From NCBI GenBank assembly GCA_964344415.1, contig CAYFMS010000001.1:250620-314619 (forward strand): DNA of 64,000 bases. The letters are read 5' to 3'. This DNA is from an uncultured Gammaproteobacteria bacterium. GTDB lineage: Bacteria > Patescibacteriota > Patescibacteriia > UBA9934. A program made the translations under genes and the position numbers. The notes beneath the pieces were generated by a model. The model was not told the DNA's origin and did not search any database. It saw nothing but the letters and a program-made list of their open reading frames with translations. Below, piece by piece: positions 1 to 8,764 of the stretch (position 1 is its first letter; the number at the start of each line of letters is the position of its first letter).

Positions 1-235
1 GAATGAATTCGGAGATCGTATTGCATATGCGCGAACAAAAGAAGAGGTGTTTCCAGCGCATGCACTCCTTGTGCTTACGGAATGGCCGGAATTTGATCTT
101 GATGATTGGCAGTTGGTAAAGCAGCAAATAAAAACGCCATATATTTTTGACGCAAAAAACTTTTTGAATCGCAAGCGAATGAAGGAAGCTGGATTAGTAA
201 TGGTTGGAATGGGTATATGCGAGCAAGGAAATTAA
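1..235 (+). CDS. UDP-glucose/GDP-mannose dehydrogenase family protein, C-terminal fragment (5' end outside window)
   Basis: Frame continues open from position 2; translation ...IAYARTKEEVFPAHALLVLTEWPEFDLDDW...IFDAKNFL matches the C-terminal UDP-binding domain of UDP-glucose 6-dehydrogenases. Confidence 0.6.
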   Translation, partial: NEFGDRIAYARTKEEVFPAHALLVLTEWPEFDLDDWQLVKQQIKTPYIFDAKNFLNRKRMKEAGLVMVGMGICEQGN

Positions 236-1677
236 CACGATCTTGGATTTTCTTTTTGATTTTGGCGGCATTTGTTGTTGGTGTAGGCGTTGCTTCATAT
301 TCGAACAATTTTTTTGTTCAATCTATTTTTGGTCTTCTGACCATCTTTATTGTTGGTAGATTTTTTTCAAAGACAGATTTGCAAATATTGCTTTTAACAC
401 TTCTCGTATGCGCCGCCGCTTTTGCTGGTGGGATTATTCGATATGATTTTGCAAATCCTACGGCTCTTTCTGTGCGGCATTTGCCAGATACATATGTCAC
501 ATTTCAGGGATCTATTGAATCCATGCGCGTTTCTGAATCTCATCAGCAATTAACAATTGGATCGATTCAGTATGGAGACGAAAAAAGGTCTGGAAATATT
601 CTTGCATTTGTTCCGGTATTTCCTGAATTGCGGGCAGGAATTGATGTTCAAGTTAGTTGCGAACTTAGTCAGCCAGAGCCATTTCAAGGCTTTGCGTATG
701 ACCGATTCTTGGCTGCAAGGAATACATATAAAACATGCTTCACGCATGATACTCCGGTGATCCTCGGGCAGCCTCGCAGTATTCAGGCGGCATTTTGGAA
801 GGTAAAAAATGATGCCATTGATTCAATACGTCGATCTTTTGATGAACCTCATGCAACGCTTCTTGCGGGGCTTTTACTTGGCGAGCGCGGTTTTCAAGAT
901 ACATGGGATGAGGCATTTATTCGTACGGGGACAAGTCATATTGTTGCAGCATCTGGCTATAATGTCACCATCGTCAGCTTTATTCTTTTTGGGCTTTTGA
1001 CGTGGTTTGGAGTGAAGCGTCAAACGGCTTTTCCGCTCTTGCTTGTCGGAATCGCATCTTATGTTCTTCTCGTGGGGGCTGATGCGCCGATTATTCGTGC
1101 AGGAATTATGGGGGCATTGGTGCTAACGGCTCGTTTTCTGGGCAGGCAAACAACAATGCGCAATATTCTTCTCCTTACGGCCGTGATTATGCTGACACAG
1201 AATCCATTACTTCTTCGTGATGATGTTGCATTTCAATTATCTATACTCTCAACTATCGGTCTTGTTTATTTAGCACCATTTTTTGAGAAACGTCTTCAAT
1301 TCATTCCATCGGCATTCACAATTCGCGAATCTTTTGTTGCAACACTTGCCGCAACCGTAACAACATTGCCAATTATTCTGACATCATTTGGCCAGCTCTC
1401 AACTGTGAGTCCATTTGTGAATCTTCTCATTCTCCCAATCGTTCCTTATGCTATGCTCTTCGGCGTTCTTGCAATAAGTATTCCAAAAATAGGTTTTGTT
1501 TTTGCGGGTATCGCTTGGCTTCTTCTTGAAATTATTCTTTTTGTCATTGCATCAATATCGCAGCTTGGCTTTGCATCAATTTCCATTTCTGAACCAATTG
1601 CTTATGCAGCAAGTATTCTTTATGTAGCAATCTTCATATTATGCGTATACTTTTACAAAAAATCATTGTTTCGATAG
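217..1677 (+). CDS. comEC: ComEC/Rec2 family competence protein, membrane (competence) domain
   Basis: 486 aa poly-topic membrane protein with ComEC-like internal segment (IVAASGYNVTIVSF, many TM helices); overlaps next ORF in a different frame. Confidence 0.7.
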   Translation: MRARKLTRSWIFFLILAAFVVGVGVASYSNNFFVQSIFGLLTIFIVGRFFSKTDLQILLLTLLVCAAAFAGGIIRYDFANPTALSVRHLPDTYVTFQGSIESMRVSESHQQLTIGSIQYGDEKRSGNILAFVPVFPELRAGIDVQVSCELSQPEPFQGFAYDRFLAARNTYKTCFTHDTPVILGQPRSIQAAFWKVKNDAIDSIRRSFDEPHATLLAGLLLGERGFQDTWDEAFIRTGTSHIVAASGYNVTIVSFILFGLLTWFGVKRQTAFPLLLVGIASYVLLVGADAPIIRAGIMGALVLTARFLGRQTTMRNILLLTAVIMLTQNPLLLRDDVAFQLSILSTIGLVYLAPFFEKRLQFIPSAFTIRESFVATLAATVTTLPIILTSFGQLSTVSPFVNLLILPIVPYAMLFGVLAISIPKIGFVFAGIAWLLLEIILFVIASISQLGFASISISEPIAYAASILYVAIFILCVYFYKKSLFR

Positions 1678-2501
1678 CGGTGAGTAGCTTGCTATTCCTG
1701 CTTGCCGTAGGTCTTGAATATGCATCGCCACATGTCATAACAGATCCGCAGCATGTGACGGTTTGGGTTTTTGATGTTGGGCAGGGTGATGCCATTTTCG
1801 TGCAGGGTCCTGAACAGCAAGTGCTGATTGACGGAGGTCCAAATGAAGCAATTCTTGAGGAGCTCAATGCCGTGATGCCATTTTGGGATCGGCATATTGA
1901 TTACCTGATTAATACGCATCCGCATGCGGATCATGTGACGGGACTTGTGCATGTGCTCGATCATTATGAAGTAAGTCGAGTCTATACATCCGGCCAGCGT
2001 CATAGTACGAATATTTATGAACATTTTTTGCAGGAAGTGAATGACGAAGTCATTATGGCGGGCGACGTGATTGATCTTGGTTCGGGTGCGCGGCTTCATT
2101 TTTTATGGCCAGATGAGTTATTAGATGGAAAGCGTTTAAATGATCCAAATGCTGGTTCATTAGTTGCATTGCTTACATATCGTGGGAAAAGCATGCTATT
2201 AACGGGTGATATTGGGGTTAAAGAGGAAGCGGAATTGCTCGATGATCTTGGTGATATAGATGTATTGAAGGTTGGTCATCAGGGAAGTGATACATCCAGC
2301 TCTCGAGACTTTCTAGATGCTATTACTCCGGAATATGCCATCATTTCTGTCGGTGAAAATGATTATGGACATCCTGATTCTGTCGTTATGGACCGTATAC
2401 AGCAATTTGGTGCAGAGCTATTCCGCACAGACACTGATGGAAGTATCAAAGTGGAATTTGGTGATGATATTGTGATTGGCGGTTATCAACTTGGATTATA
2501 A
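1641..2501 (+). CDS. ComEC C-terminal metallo-beta-lactamase domain protein (separate ORF)
   Basis: N-terminal TM helix then VWVFDVGQGDAIFVQ...NTHPHADHVTGL MBL-fold motifs typical of the ComEC C-terminal domain. Confidence 0.75.
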   Translation: MRILLQKIIVSIAVSSLLFLLAVGLEYASPHVITDPQHVTVWVFDVGQGDAIFVQGPEQQVLIDGGPNEAILEELNAVMPFWDRHIDYLINTHPHADHVTGLVHVLDHYEVSRVYTSGQRHSTNIYEHFLQEVNDEVIMAGDVIDLGSGARLHFLWPDELLDGKRLNDPNAGSLVALLTYRGKSMLLTGDIGVKEEAELLDDLGDIDVLKVGHQGSDTSSSRDFLDAITPEYAIISVGENDYGHPDSVVMDRIQQFGAELFRTDTDGSIKVEFGDDIVIGGYQLGL

Positions 2502-2520
2502 GTAGGGGGTAGGTTTTAGG

Positions 2521-2870
2521 TTGTAGCTTGTAGGCGTAGAAAGATCCTTCGACAGGCTCAGGATTTCGATGTCCGAAACTGCCGCCACCTGTGAGTCTGT
2601 CACTTGCATGCGGCAAGAGCGAGGAATTGCAAAACAGCCGATAGGAATGAACAGATCAATGTATTAAGAAAAATAAAGACATTCCTACTCTCTGTTTTGC
2701 CCGAGCGATGACGCTTTATGCATGTGACAAAGCGAGCACTGGCGGCGTTCTTTTGCTTACTTTTCTTTAAAGAAAAGTAAGGAGAAAACAACAAGAGATC
2801 TCTCCCGACTTCGCTCTGTGAGCTACGGAGGACAGTCGTATTCACTCGAGATGACAGAGTGTGCATAATG
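2521..2870 (-). repeat. Copy A of ~330-nt structured repeat / candidate ncRNA; inverted relative to copy at 40440..40755
   Basis: Reverse complement aligns with 40440..40755 with near-identical ~210-nt core, including the perfect 26-bp palindrome CTTACTTTTCTTTAAAGAAAAGTAAG at 2756..2781; flanks diverge but keep hairpin potential. Confidence 0.5.
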
Positions 2871-2929
2871 TAAGTCGGACTTAAATCACGTATTTTAAGT
2901 CCGACTTAAACCTGCGGACATTGACGATA

Positions 2930-2958
2930 AGCGCACAAATTGCTATGCTCCTAGCGAA
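2930..2958 (+). promoter_or_regulatory. Candidate sigma70-like promoter for ndk (TTGACG-17-TATGCT)
   Basis: -35/-10 hexamers with 17-nt spacer about 10 nt upstream of the ndk start. Confidence 0.35.
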
Positions 2959-2968
2959 AAATTAAACT

Positions 2969-3436
2969 ATGGCAGATATTGAAAAAACACTTGTACTTAT
3001 TAAGCCAGATGCTTTGCAGCGCGAGCTTGCTGGTGATGTTATTAAACGTTTTGAGCAGAAAGGTCTCAAAATTGTAGGAATGAAATTGACCATGCTCGAC
3101 GATGCAACGCTTGAAGAGCATTATGGTCATTTGGCGGACAAGCCATTCTTTGCGGATCTAAAAAAATTCATGATGCAAACTCCGGTTATCGCTTTGGTCC
3201 TTGAGGGGCTTGGTGTGATCGAAGAGGTGCGAAAAATTGTTGGCGCGACGAATCCTCGCGAGGCAGATGCTGGAACAATCCGTGCAGACCTTTCAATGAA
3301 TATTCCTTCGAATATGGTGCATGCGTCGGATTCTCCAGATGCTGCAAAAGCGGAAATTGAACGGTTTTTCAATGAAGGTGAGTTATTCGCTTATACAAAG
3401 TTCACCGATATCTATCATTTCGGAGAAGGTGTATAA
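2969..3436 (+). CDS. ndk: Nucleoside diphosphate kinase
   Basis: LVLIKPDALQRELAGDVIKRFEQKGLKIVGMK...NMVHASDS motifs. Confidence 0.95.
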   Translation: MADIEKTLVLIKPDALQRELAGDVIKRFEQKGLKIVGMKLTMLDDATLEEHYGHLADKPFFADLKKFMMQTPVIALVLEGLGVIEEVRKIVGATNPREADAGTIRADLSMNIPSNMVHASDSPDAAKAEIERFFNEGELFAYTKFTDIYHFGEGV

Positions 3437-3452
3437 AAAACAGAATTGTGGA

Positions 3453-3484
3453 AAATCTGTGGATAAACTCTGCAGATTTTTTAT
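3453..3484 (+). terminator. Rho-independent terminator after ndk
   Basis: AAATCTG...CAGATTT stem followed by a T-run. Confidence 0.5.
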
Positions 3485-3763
3485 TTGCAGTCTTTTGTGT
3501 GCGGGGTGATAATGAAAGTACTTCGGTCGGATGATTCATGTGATTGGCCAATTTGCAATTGAAAGGATCCGAGGTCAATCAGACATCTGCGAGATTACGT
3601 AGTCCAGCAATTTGCGTGCAAACGGAAATATGCGGGGATCCAGCGGTTCTCTGTGCTTCGCAAAGCGTCATTTGGGCTTTTGGCTCAACTGGTCGTAATG
3701 TATAGCGCTTTTGCCCACATGTGGTAGAGGACCAATTCACATGCGTCCGACTGGAGTTAGTGC

Positions 3764-3789
3764 AAAATCAAGGTTTAGCCTTGATTTTT
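3764..3789 (+). terminator. Terminator-like hairpin ending a ~300-nt non-coding stretch upstream of ORF 3840
   Basis: AAATCAAGG-TTTAG-CCTTGATTT followed by TTTTTG. Confidence 0.4.
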
Positions 3790-3839
3790 TGATGGTTTTT
3801 TGTTAGTTTTCATTGTCGTTCTTTTTCATTGGGGGAAAC

Positions 3840-5099
3840 ATGGACGGATCAATCATAATCAAGCCAGAAGAGCGCCTTCTGTTTTTGCCATTTGAGCGAG
3901 AACAGACTGCGATTAGAGAGATGAGGTCAATTTTTGACCAAGTGCGAAATAGTGGCGCGAAAACTCGTGCGGCATATTTGCGCGCATTCCGAGAAACGCA
4001 TCACAGGTATGGGTCTCTGCATGAGATTGAAATCGGACCAAAGTCATTCTGGCATCTCGTTTTCGAGTCATCTCGAAGGGCGGAATATGACATCAGACGT
4101 GTGCAGCATAATTTCATACGGCCTGAGATGTGGCCGAGCGTATCTGTTCCAAATTTGATCAGTGCGCATCTTGGGCCAATACGGCTACTTGAGATTGCCA
4201 CCGGTGAAGCGTCAGATGATATGGAGGAGTCCATGCGTTGGGGCGCAATGCGAAAATTGAGCGTTGCACATCAGTATGCGTTGGTCGATCTTGCGTATCC
4301 AGCAGATCGGATTGGAAGGGATATCTTCGAAATTGAACGGGCACTGAAGCCGCGGATCAATTCGGGCGAACTTGTCACTTTACATGTGACGGCACGGAGA
4401 AATCCAAAAGACGACTTCAGGGTTACGAAGCAGAGTATTGTTCTTCATACGGACAAGGATAAGGCTGTGGAGCGTGCTAGCCAAATCGACCATCGGGGAC
4501 AGATTGTGCATGCAGTGTACGATCTGCGTTGTCGCGTTTGTCATGCGAATGGCATCACATACCTCGTATACACGGAGCCACGTGGAAAAGATAGTTTGTC
4601 GACGGTGCTAAAGCTGACGCGCAAGCCTCGAGATGAGTGGCTAAAAGATCAATGCGCATGGCGCGATGTAGTTGTTGCTATCATCGATGGTGGTAAGACG
4701 CGTCTTGCAAGCCGTCAAGATGCAGGCAGTTATCTGAAATTGTGTCTTGATCGACTGTGGAAATATCCACTTGCTGGTAAGCAAGATGAGGAGACTGGCG
4801 GTAGTCATCCAGATTACTGGGGTCTGAAAGTCCTTGGTCGTTTTCATCGTGCACTCGATGATGATCCTAGCGTTATTTTCAGCGGACGCGTTGAGCATCA
4901 AATCACCACACTTCGTGACTGGCTGGTGGCACAAACCGCCACAGATGAATTGAATCACTTCGTGCGTCGAGGATCGCAGCTCATCAAGCACCTACTTCCG
5001 CACTGGTTTCCTCAGGTGAAATGGGAGGACCCAGAGATACGTGAAGACCATTTCGCCCATTGGAGACAGGGCGTGAGGCCGTCTATGCATGAAATCTAA
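3840..5099 (+). CDS. Hypothetical protein (GC-elevated, no recognisable domain)
   Basis: Long ORF with GGGGGA RBS 6 nt before ATG at 3840; composition richer in G+C than neighbours; no family recognised by eye. Confidence 0.55.
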   Translation: MDGSIIIKPEERLLFLPFEREQTAIREMRSIFDQVRNSGAKTRAAYLRAFRETHHRYGSLHEIEIGPKSFWHLVFESSRRAEYDIRRVQHNFIRPEMWPSVSVPNLISAHLGPIRLLEIATGEASDDMEESMRWGAMRKLSVAHQYALVDLAYPADRIGRDIFEIERALKPRINSGELVTLHVTARRNPKDDFRVTKQSIVLHTDKDKAVERASQIDHRGQIVHAVYDLRCRVCHANGITYLVYTEPRGKDSLSTVLKLTRKPRDEWLKDQCAWRDVVVAIIDGGKTRLASRQDAGSYLKLCLDRLWKYPLAGKQDEETGGSHPDYWGLKVLGRFHRALDDDPSVIFSGRVEHQITTLRDWLVAQTATDELNHFVRRGSQLIKHLLPHWFPQVKWEDPEIREDHFAHWRQGVRPSMHEI

Positions 5100-5100
5100 T

Positions 5101-5130
5101 ACACATTGACACGGGTTGATGTGTTTTTTC
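5101..5130 (+). terminator. Rho-independent terminator
   Basis: ACACAT-TGACACGGGTTG-ATGTGT then TTTTTTC. Confidence 0.5.
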
Positions 5131-5161
5131 TTTACTCAAAATATGGCATGATAGGGGCATT

Positions 5162-5716
5162 ATGAAGAATGAAGATTTGCATATTGCGGTCATGATCGGA
5201 TCTATTCGCAAAGAGCGTCAAAGCGATAAGCCTGCGAATGTTTTGGCGGAGTATTTAAAGGGTCTTGGTGTTCACGTGAAAGTTCTGGATTTGCAAAAGC
5301 TCGATTTGCCGATGTTTGATGATGGTATTGAGCATGATGGACGGACGGAATTGCTTGAAGCGTATCAGAGAATGGATGGAATCATTATTGTGACGCCTGA
5401 ATATAATCACAGCATTCCATCGCCGGTGAAAAATGCCATTGACTATGCGCGGGATAAGGAATTAATGGGTAAGCCAATGGCATCTGTTGGAACATCTCGA
5501 GGTCATTGGGGCGGCGCTCGCGTTCTTCCGGAATTGCGCCATATTTGGACGGGCGCTGGAGGAATTTCACTTCCGGTTTCTCTTCAAACCCCAATGGTTA
5601 CGGAATTCGACGAAAGCAATCCACCGGAAAAATGGATAGAAGGTATGGAGGGATTTGTTCAAAATACTCTGAAATGGTTCATGATAATCAAATCAGGTAA
5701 GGAAACAATCGAATAA
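5162..5716 (+). CDS. NAD(P)H-dependent FMN reductase family (flavodoxin-like) protein
   Basis: IAVMIGSIRKERQS...IIIVTPEYNHSIPSPVKNAIDY pattern of the NADPH-dependent FMN reductase family. Confidence 0.7.
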   Translation: MKNEDLHIAVMIGSIRKERQSDKPANVLAEYLKGLGVHVKVLDLQKLDLPMFDDGIEHDGRTELLEAYQRMDGIIIVTPEYNHSIPSPVKNAIDYARDKELMGKPMASVGTSRGHWGGARVLPELRHIWTGAGGISLPVSLQTPMVTEFDESNPPEKWIEGMEGFVQNTLKWFMIIKSGKETIE

Positions 5717-5717
5717 T

Positions 5718-7010
5718 ATGAATGAAATGCGCATTATTGGAGGAAATCCTCTTTATGGTGAAGTGCAAATAGCTGGTGCGAAGAACGCGGCATCGAAAAT
5801 GATGATTGCCACTCTTTTGACGCCCGACACGGTTACACTTCACAATATTCCGCTTCAACAGGAAACGAGTATCGCTAAGGAATTGATCGAAATGGTCGGC
5901 GCTGAATGCGATATCGATGATCATACACTTGTCACGCGGTTTCATGACATTGCTTCTACGTCGACAAAGGCACAGTCAAGAAAAAATCGTCTTTCTATTT
6001 TGATGGCAGCGCCGCTTTTGCATCGAGCAGGAGAAGCGAAGGTTGCAAAGCTAGGTGGTGATAAAATCGGTGCTCGACCGGTTAATTTTCATATAGATGC
6101 TCTCTTAAAAATGGGTGCTGAAATCGAAGATGCTGATGATGGATGGTATTTCCGTGCCCCCCATGGATTAAAAGGAATTTCCCTTGAATTGCCTTATCCT
6201 TCTGTTGGCGCGACGGAAACATTACTTTTTGCTGGAGTGCTGGCTCATGGAGATACGGTTATTTACAATTCTGCGATTGAACCGGAAATTATGGAGCTCA
6301 TCATTATGCTTCAAAAAATGGGAGCTATTATTTCCGTGGGTGCACATCGCACTATTCGAATCACAGGCGTGGATTCCCTGCATGGTTGCGAGCATACGGT
6401 TCTACCGGATCGTTTAGAGGCCGCTTCATATGCCTGTATTGCCCTTGCGACGCGAGGCGAAATTTTCTGCAGAGGCGCGCAGCATAGGGACATGATTACT
6501 TTTTTGAATGCGGTACGGCGAATCGGTGGTGATTATGAAACATCGGATGAAGGAATACTGTTTAAGGGATCCCACTCTTATCAAGGGGTGACGATTACGA
6601 CGGACACTTATCCGGGATTTTCTACGGATTGGCAACAGCCTTTTGCGGTTGTGATGACGCAGGCAGAAGGGGAATCGACAATTCATGAAACGGTGTATGA
6701 AGATCGTTTTAAATATACAGAAACACTCAATGAAATGGGGGCGAATATTGAAATTCAATATTTACCAGATGATGTGAGCGGACGATTTCAACTTCAAAAT
6801 TATAAGCAATCTGCGATCATTCACGGCTCTACACCGCTTCATGCAGCAAATATGACCGTGCCAGATATTCGCGCAGGACTTGCTTATGTCGCAGCTGCAC
6901 TTGCAGCTGAAGGAGAATCAGTCCTTGATGGAATCGATCATTTAGAGCGCGGGTATGAAGACTTACATGGAAAATTGTCAGCAATTGGTGCTAATGTTAC
7001 TGTTTCTTGA
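5718..7010 (+). CDS. murA: UDP-N-acetylglucosamine 1-carboxyvinyltransferase
   Basis: RIIGGNPLYGEVQIAGAKNAASKMMIATLL N-terminus and EPSP-synthase-fold length (430 aa). Confidence 0.9.
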   Translation: MNEMRIIGGNPLYGEVQIAGAKNAASKMMIATLLTPDTVTLHNIPLQQETSIAKELIEMVGAECDIDDHTLVTRFHDIASTSTKAQSRKNRLSILMAAPLLHRAGEAKVAKLGGDKIGARPVNFHIDALLKMGAEIEDADDGWYFRAPHGLKGISLELPYPSVGATETLLFAGVLAHGDTVIYNSAIEPEIMELIIMLQKMGAIISVGAHRTIRITGVDSLHGCEHTVLPDRLEAASYACIALATRGEIFCRGAQHRDMITFLNAVRRIGGDYETSDEGILFKGSHSYQGVTITTDTYPGFSTDWQQPFAVVMTQAEGESTIHETVYEDRFKYTETLNEMGANIEIQYLPDDVSGRFQLQNYKQSAIIHGSTPLHAANMTVPDIRAGLAYVAAALAAEGESVLDGIDHLERGYEDLHGKLSAIGANVTVS

Positions 7011-7681
7011 CTATGTTTTTTCAACTTCTCAATTCTGCACCTGGAATAGCCGCCGCTTGGATAATCGTTATTGTTCTTTCTCTTACGGTGCATGAATTTG
7101 CTCATGCGCTTGTCGGGAATTTAAAAGGAGATAAAACGGCAGAAATGGCGGGCAGGCTGACACTGAACCCCTTGTCACATATCGATTGGATTGGATTTCT
7201 TCCGCTTTTGCTCTTTGGTTTCGGATGGGCAAAGCCGGTTCCTTTCAATCCGTATAATCTACAAAATCCAAAGCGAGACGCTCTACACATTGCGCTTGCT
7301 GGTCCATTTTCTAATTTATTTCTCGCCATTTTGAGCGCAATCGTTTTTCGATTGCTTGATACCGCGGGAGCTTTGACGGGATTATTGCCAGCATTTTTGC
7401 TGCTCATGATTATTATCAATCTGTTTTTACTTCTCTTCAATGTCATTCCGGTGCATCCACTGGATGGATCGAAAGTGATTGATGCGATTCTTATTCGACC
7501 CGATCAGCAATCCCTGCTTCACAAAATAAAATATTATGGCCCGAGAGTGCTTTTTGCCCTTATCCTCGTTTCGCTCTTCACGAATTTTAATGTCTTTTTC
7601 TTTATCAGCGAACCAGCATTTTGGATATGCGATTCGATGATTGGATCGAGTTGTAATGCCGAGCTCTCGCAATTATTCTAA
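7007..7681 (+). CDS. Peptidase M50 (site-2 protease-like) membrane metalloprotease
   Basis: HEFAHA zinc motif in a TM helix plus NLFLLLFNVIPVHPLDGS (LDG motif). Confidence 0.7.
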   Translation: MTMFFQLLNSAPGIAAAWIIVIVLSLTVHEFAHALVGNLKGDKTAEMAGRLTLNPLSHIDWIGFLPLLLFGFGWAKPVPFNPYNLQNPKRDALHIALAGPFSNLFLAILSAIVFRLLDTAGALTGLLPAFLLLMIIINLFLLLFNVIPVHPLDGSKVIDAILIRPDQQSLLHKIKYYGPRVLFALILVSLFTNFNVFFFISEPAFWICDSMIGSSCNAELSQLF

Positions 7682-7738
7682 ACTTGGATGGCGTATTGAC
7701 GAAAAAAGAGTGTCGTGATACCCTTGCGGCACAAAACT

Positions 7739-8158
7739 ATGCCAACAATTAATCAATTGATTCGAAAAGGGCGTACCAGTAAGAAGGCGAAGTCAAAGTC
7801 GCCTGCTTTGCAGTTTACGCTCGATACCCTTCACCGACGTAAAACAGATTTGCGTCGTGGTGCACCATTTAAGCGTGGTGTATGTACTCGTGTTTTCACG
7901 ATGACACCGAAGAAGCCGAACTCGGCTCTTCGAAAAGTAGCTCGTGTCCGACTTTCAAATGGACAAGAAGTTAATGCTTATATTCCGGGAGAAGGACATA
8001 ATTTGCAGGAACACTCCGTTGTAATGATTCGCGGTGGTCGTGTAAAGGACCTTCCTGGTGTGCGATACCATATCGTTCGTGGTCGTTATGACACGGCGGG
8101 AATCGACGGACGACTTCAGAGTCGATCAAAATACGGTACAAAGCGACCGAAAAAATAG
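7739..8158 (+). CDS. rpsL: 30S ribosomal protein S12
   Basis: [12 protein letters not shown]...[19 protein letters not shown]; ATG at 7739 preferred over upstream in-frame start. Confidence 0.95.
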   Translation: MPTINQLIRKGRTSKKAKSKSPALQFTLDTLHRRKTDLRRGAPFKRGVCTRVFTMTPKKPNSALRKVARVRLSNGQEVNAYIPGEGHNLQEHSVVMIRGGRVKDLPGVRYHIVRGRYDTAGIDGRLQSRSKYGTKRPKK

Positions 8159-8269
8159 AGTATAGCGTGTAGGAATGGGCTTCCAAGCCTCTAATCCCTA
8201 CACCCTAAACCCTACCCCCTAACAAAAAAAGTACCGCCCCCGCGGCGGGAATACTATTCATCTATAAAT

Positions 8270-8743
8270 ATGCGTGGAAAACAAGCACCAAAACGAGAAT
8301 TAGCACCCGACTCTAGGTACGGGAATCCTTTAATTACAAAGCTCATCAATTATGTGATGCTAGACGGTAAGAAAACCGTTGCAGAACGTATTGTTTATTC
8401 TGCCCTCGAAAAAGCGGAGAAAGAATTGAAGAAGCCTGCGATGGAGGTTTTTGAAACGGTAATGAAAAATGTAACGCCATCTGTCGAGGTTCGTTCTCGT
8501 CGTGTTGGTGGAGCAAATTACCAAATCCCAACGCCTGTACGTGGAAATCGTCGTCATGCCTTGGCATTTCGATGGATTTTAAGTGCTGCACGAGGAAAGA
8601 AAGGGAAGCCAATGGCTGATCGCCTCGCTGCTGAATTTATTGCTGCAGCAAATAATGAGGGAGATGCTATCAAGAAAAAAGCAGACGTTATTCGTATGGC
8701 CGAGGCAAACCGAGCCTTCGCTCATTTCGCACGTCGTCGATAA
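8270..8743 (+). CDS. rpsG: 30S ribosomal protein S7
   Basis: PDSRYGNPLITKLINYVMLDGKKTVAERIVYSALE. Confidence 0.95.
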   Translation: MRGKQAPKRELAPDSRYGNPLITKLINYVMLDGKKTVAERIVYSALEKAEKELKKPAMEVFETVMKNVTPSVEVRSRRVGGANYQIPTPVRGNRRHALAFRWILSAARGKKGKPMADRLAAEFIAAANNEGDAIKKKADVIRMAEANRAFAHFARRR

Positions 8744-8764
8744 TCATTTATATCAAATACATAT

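Noticed and set aside
2600-2866. 88-aa ORF, and its 111-aa counterpart at 40420..40755, sharing FSPYFSLKKSKQKNAASARFVTCIKRHRSGKTESRNVFIFLNT
   Set aside because: Both lie entirely within the two inverted copies of the structured repeat. The identity is at the nucleotide level, including a 26-bp perfect palindrome, with no RBS and low-complexity translation. They are treated as non-coding.
2521-2870. Possibility that the inverted repeat is RNase P RNA, tmRNA, SRP RNA or 6S RNA
   Set aside because: None of the signature motifs could be found in either strand of either copy. These are the GGAAAGTCCGGGC / AGGGTGAAA-GGTGCGGTAAGAGCGCACC motifs of RNase P, the tRNA-like end with tag reading frame of tmRNA, and the SRP domain IV loop. 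The identity remains open.
8185-8222. CCCTAA-type telomere-like repeats
   Set aside because: There are only three irregular units. They are homologous to the tail of the structured repeat at about 2503..2536, so they are interpreted as part of that element and not as telomeric sequence.
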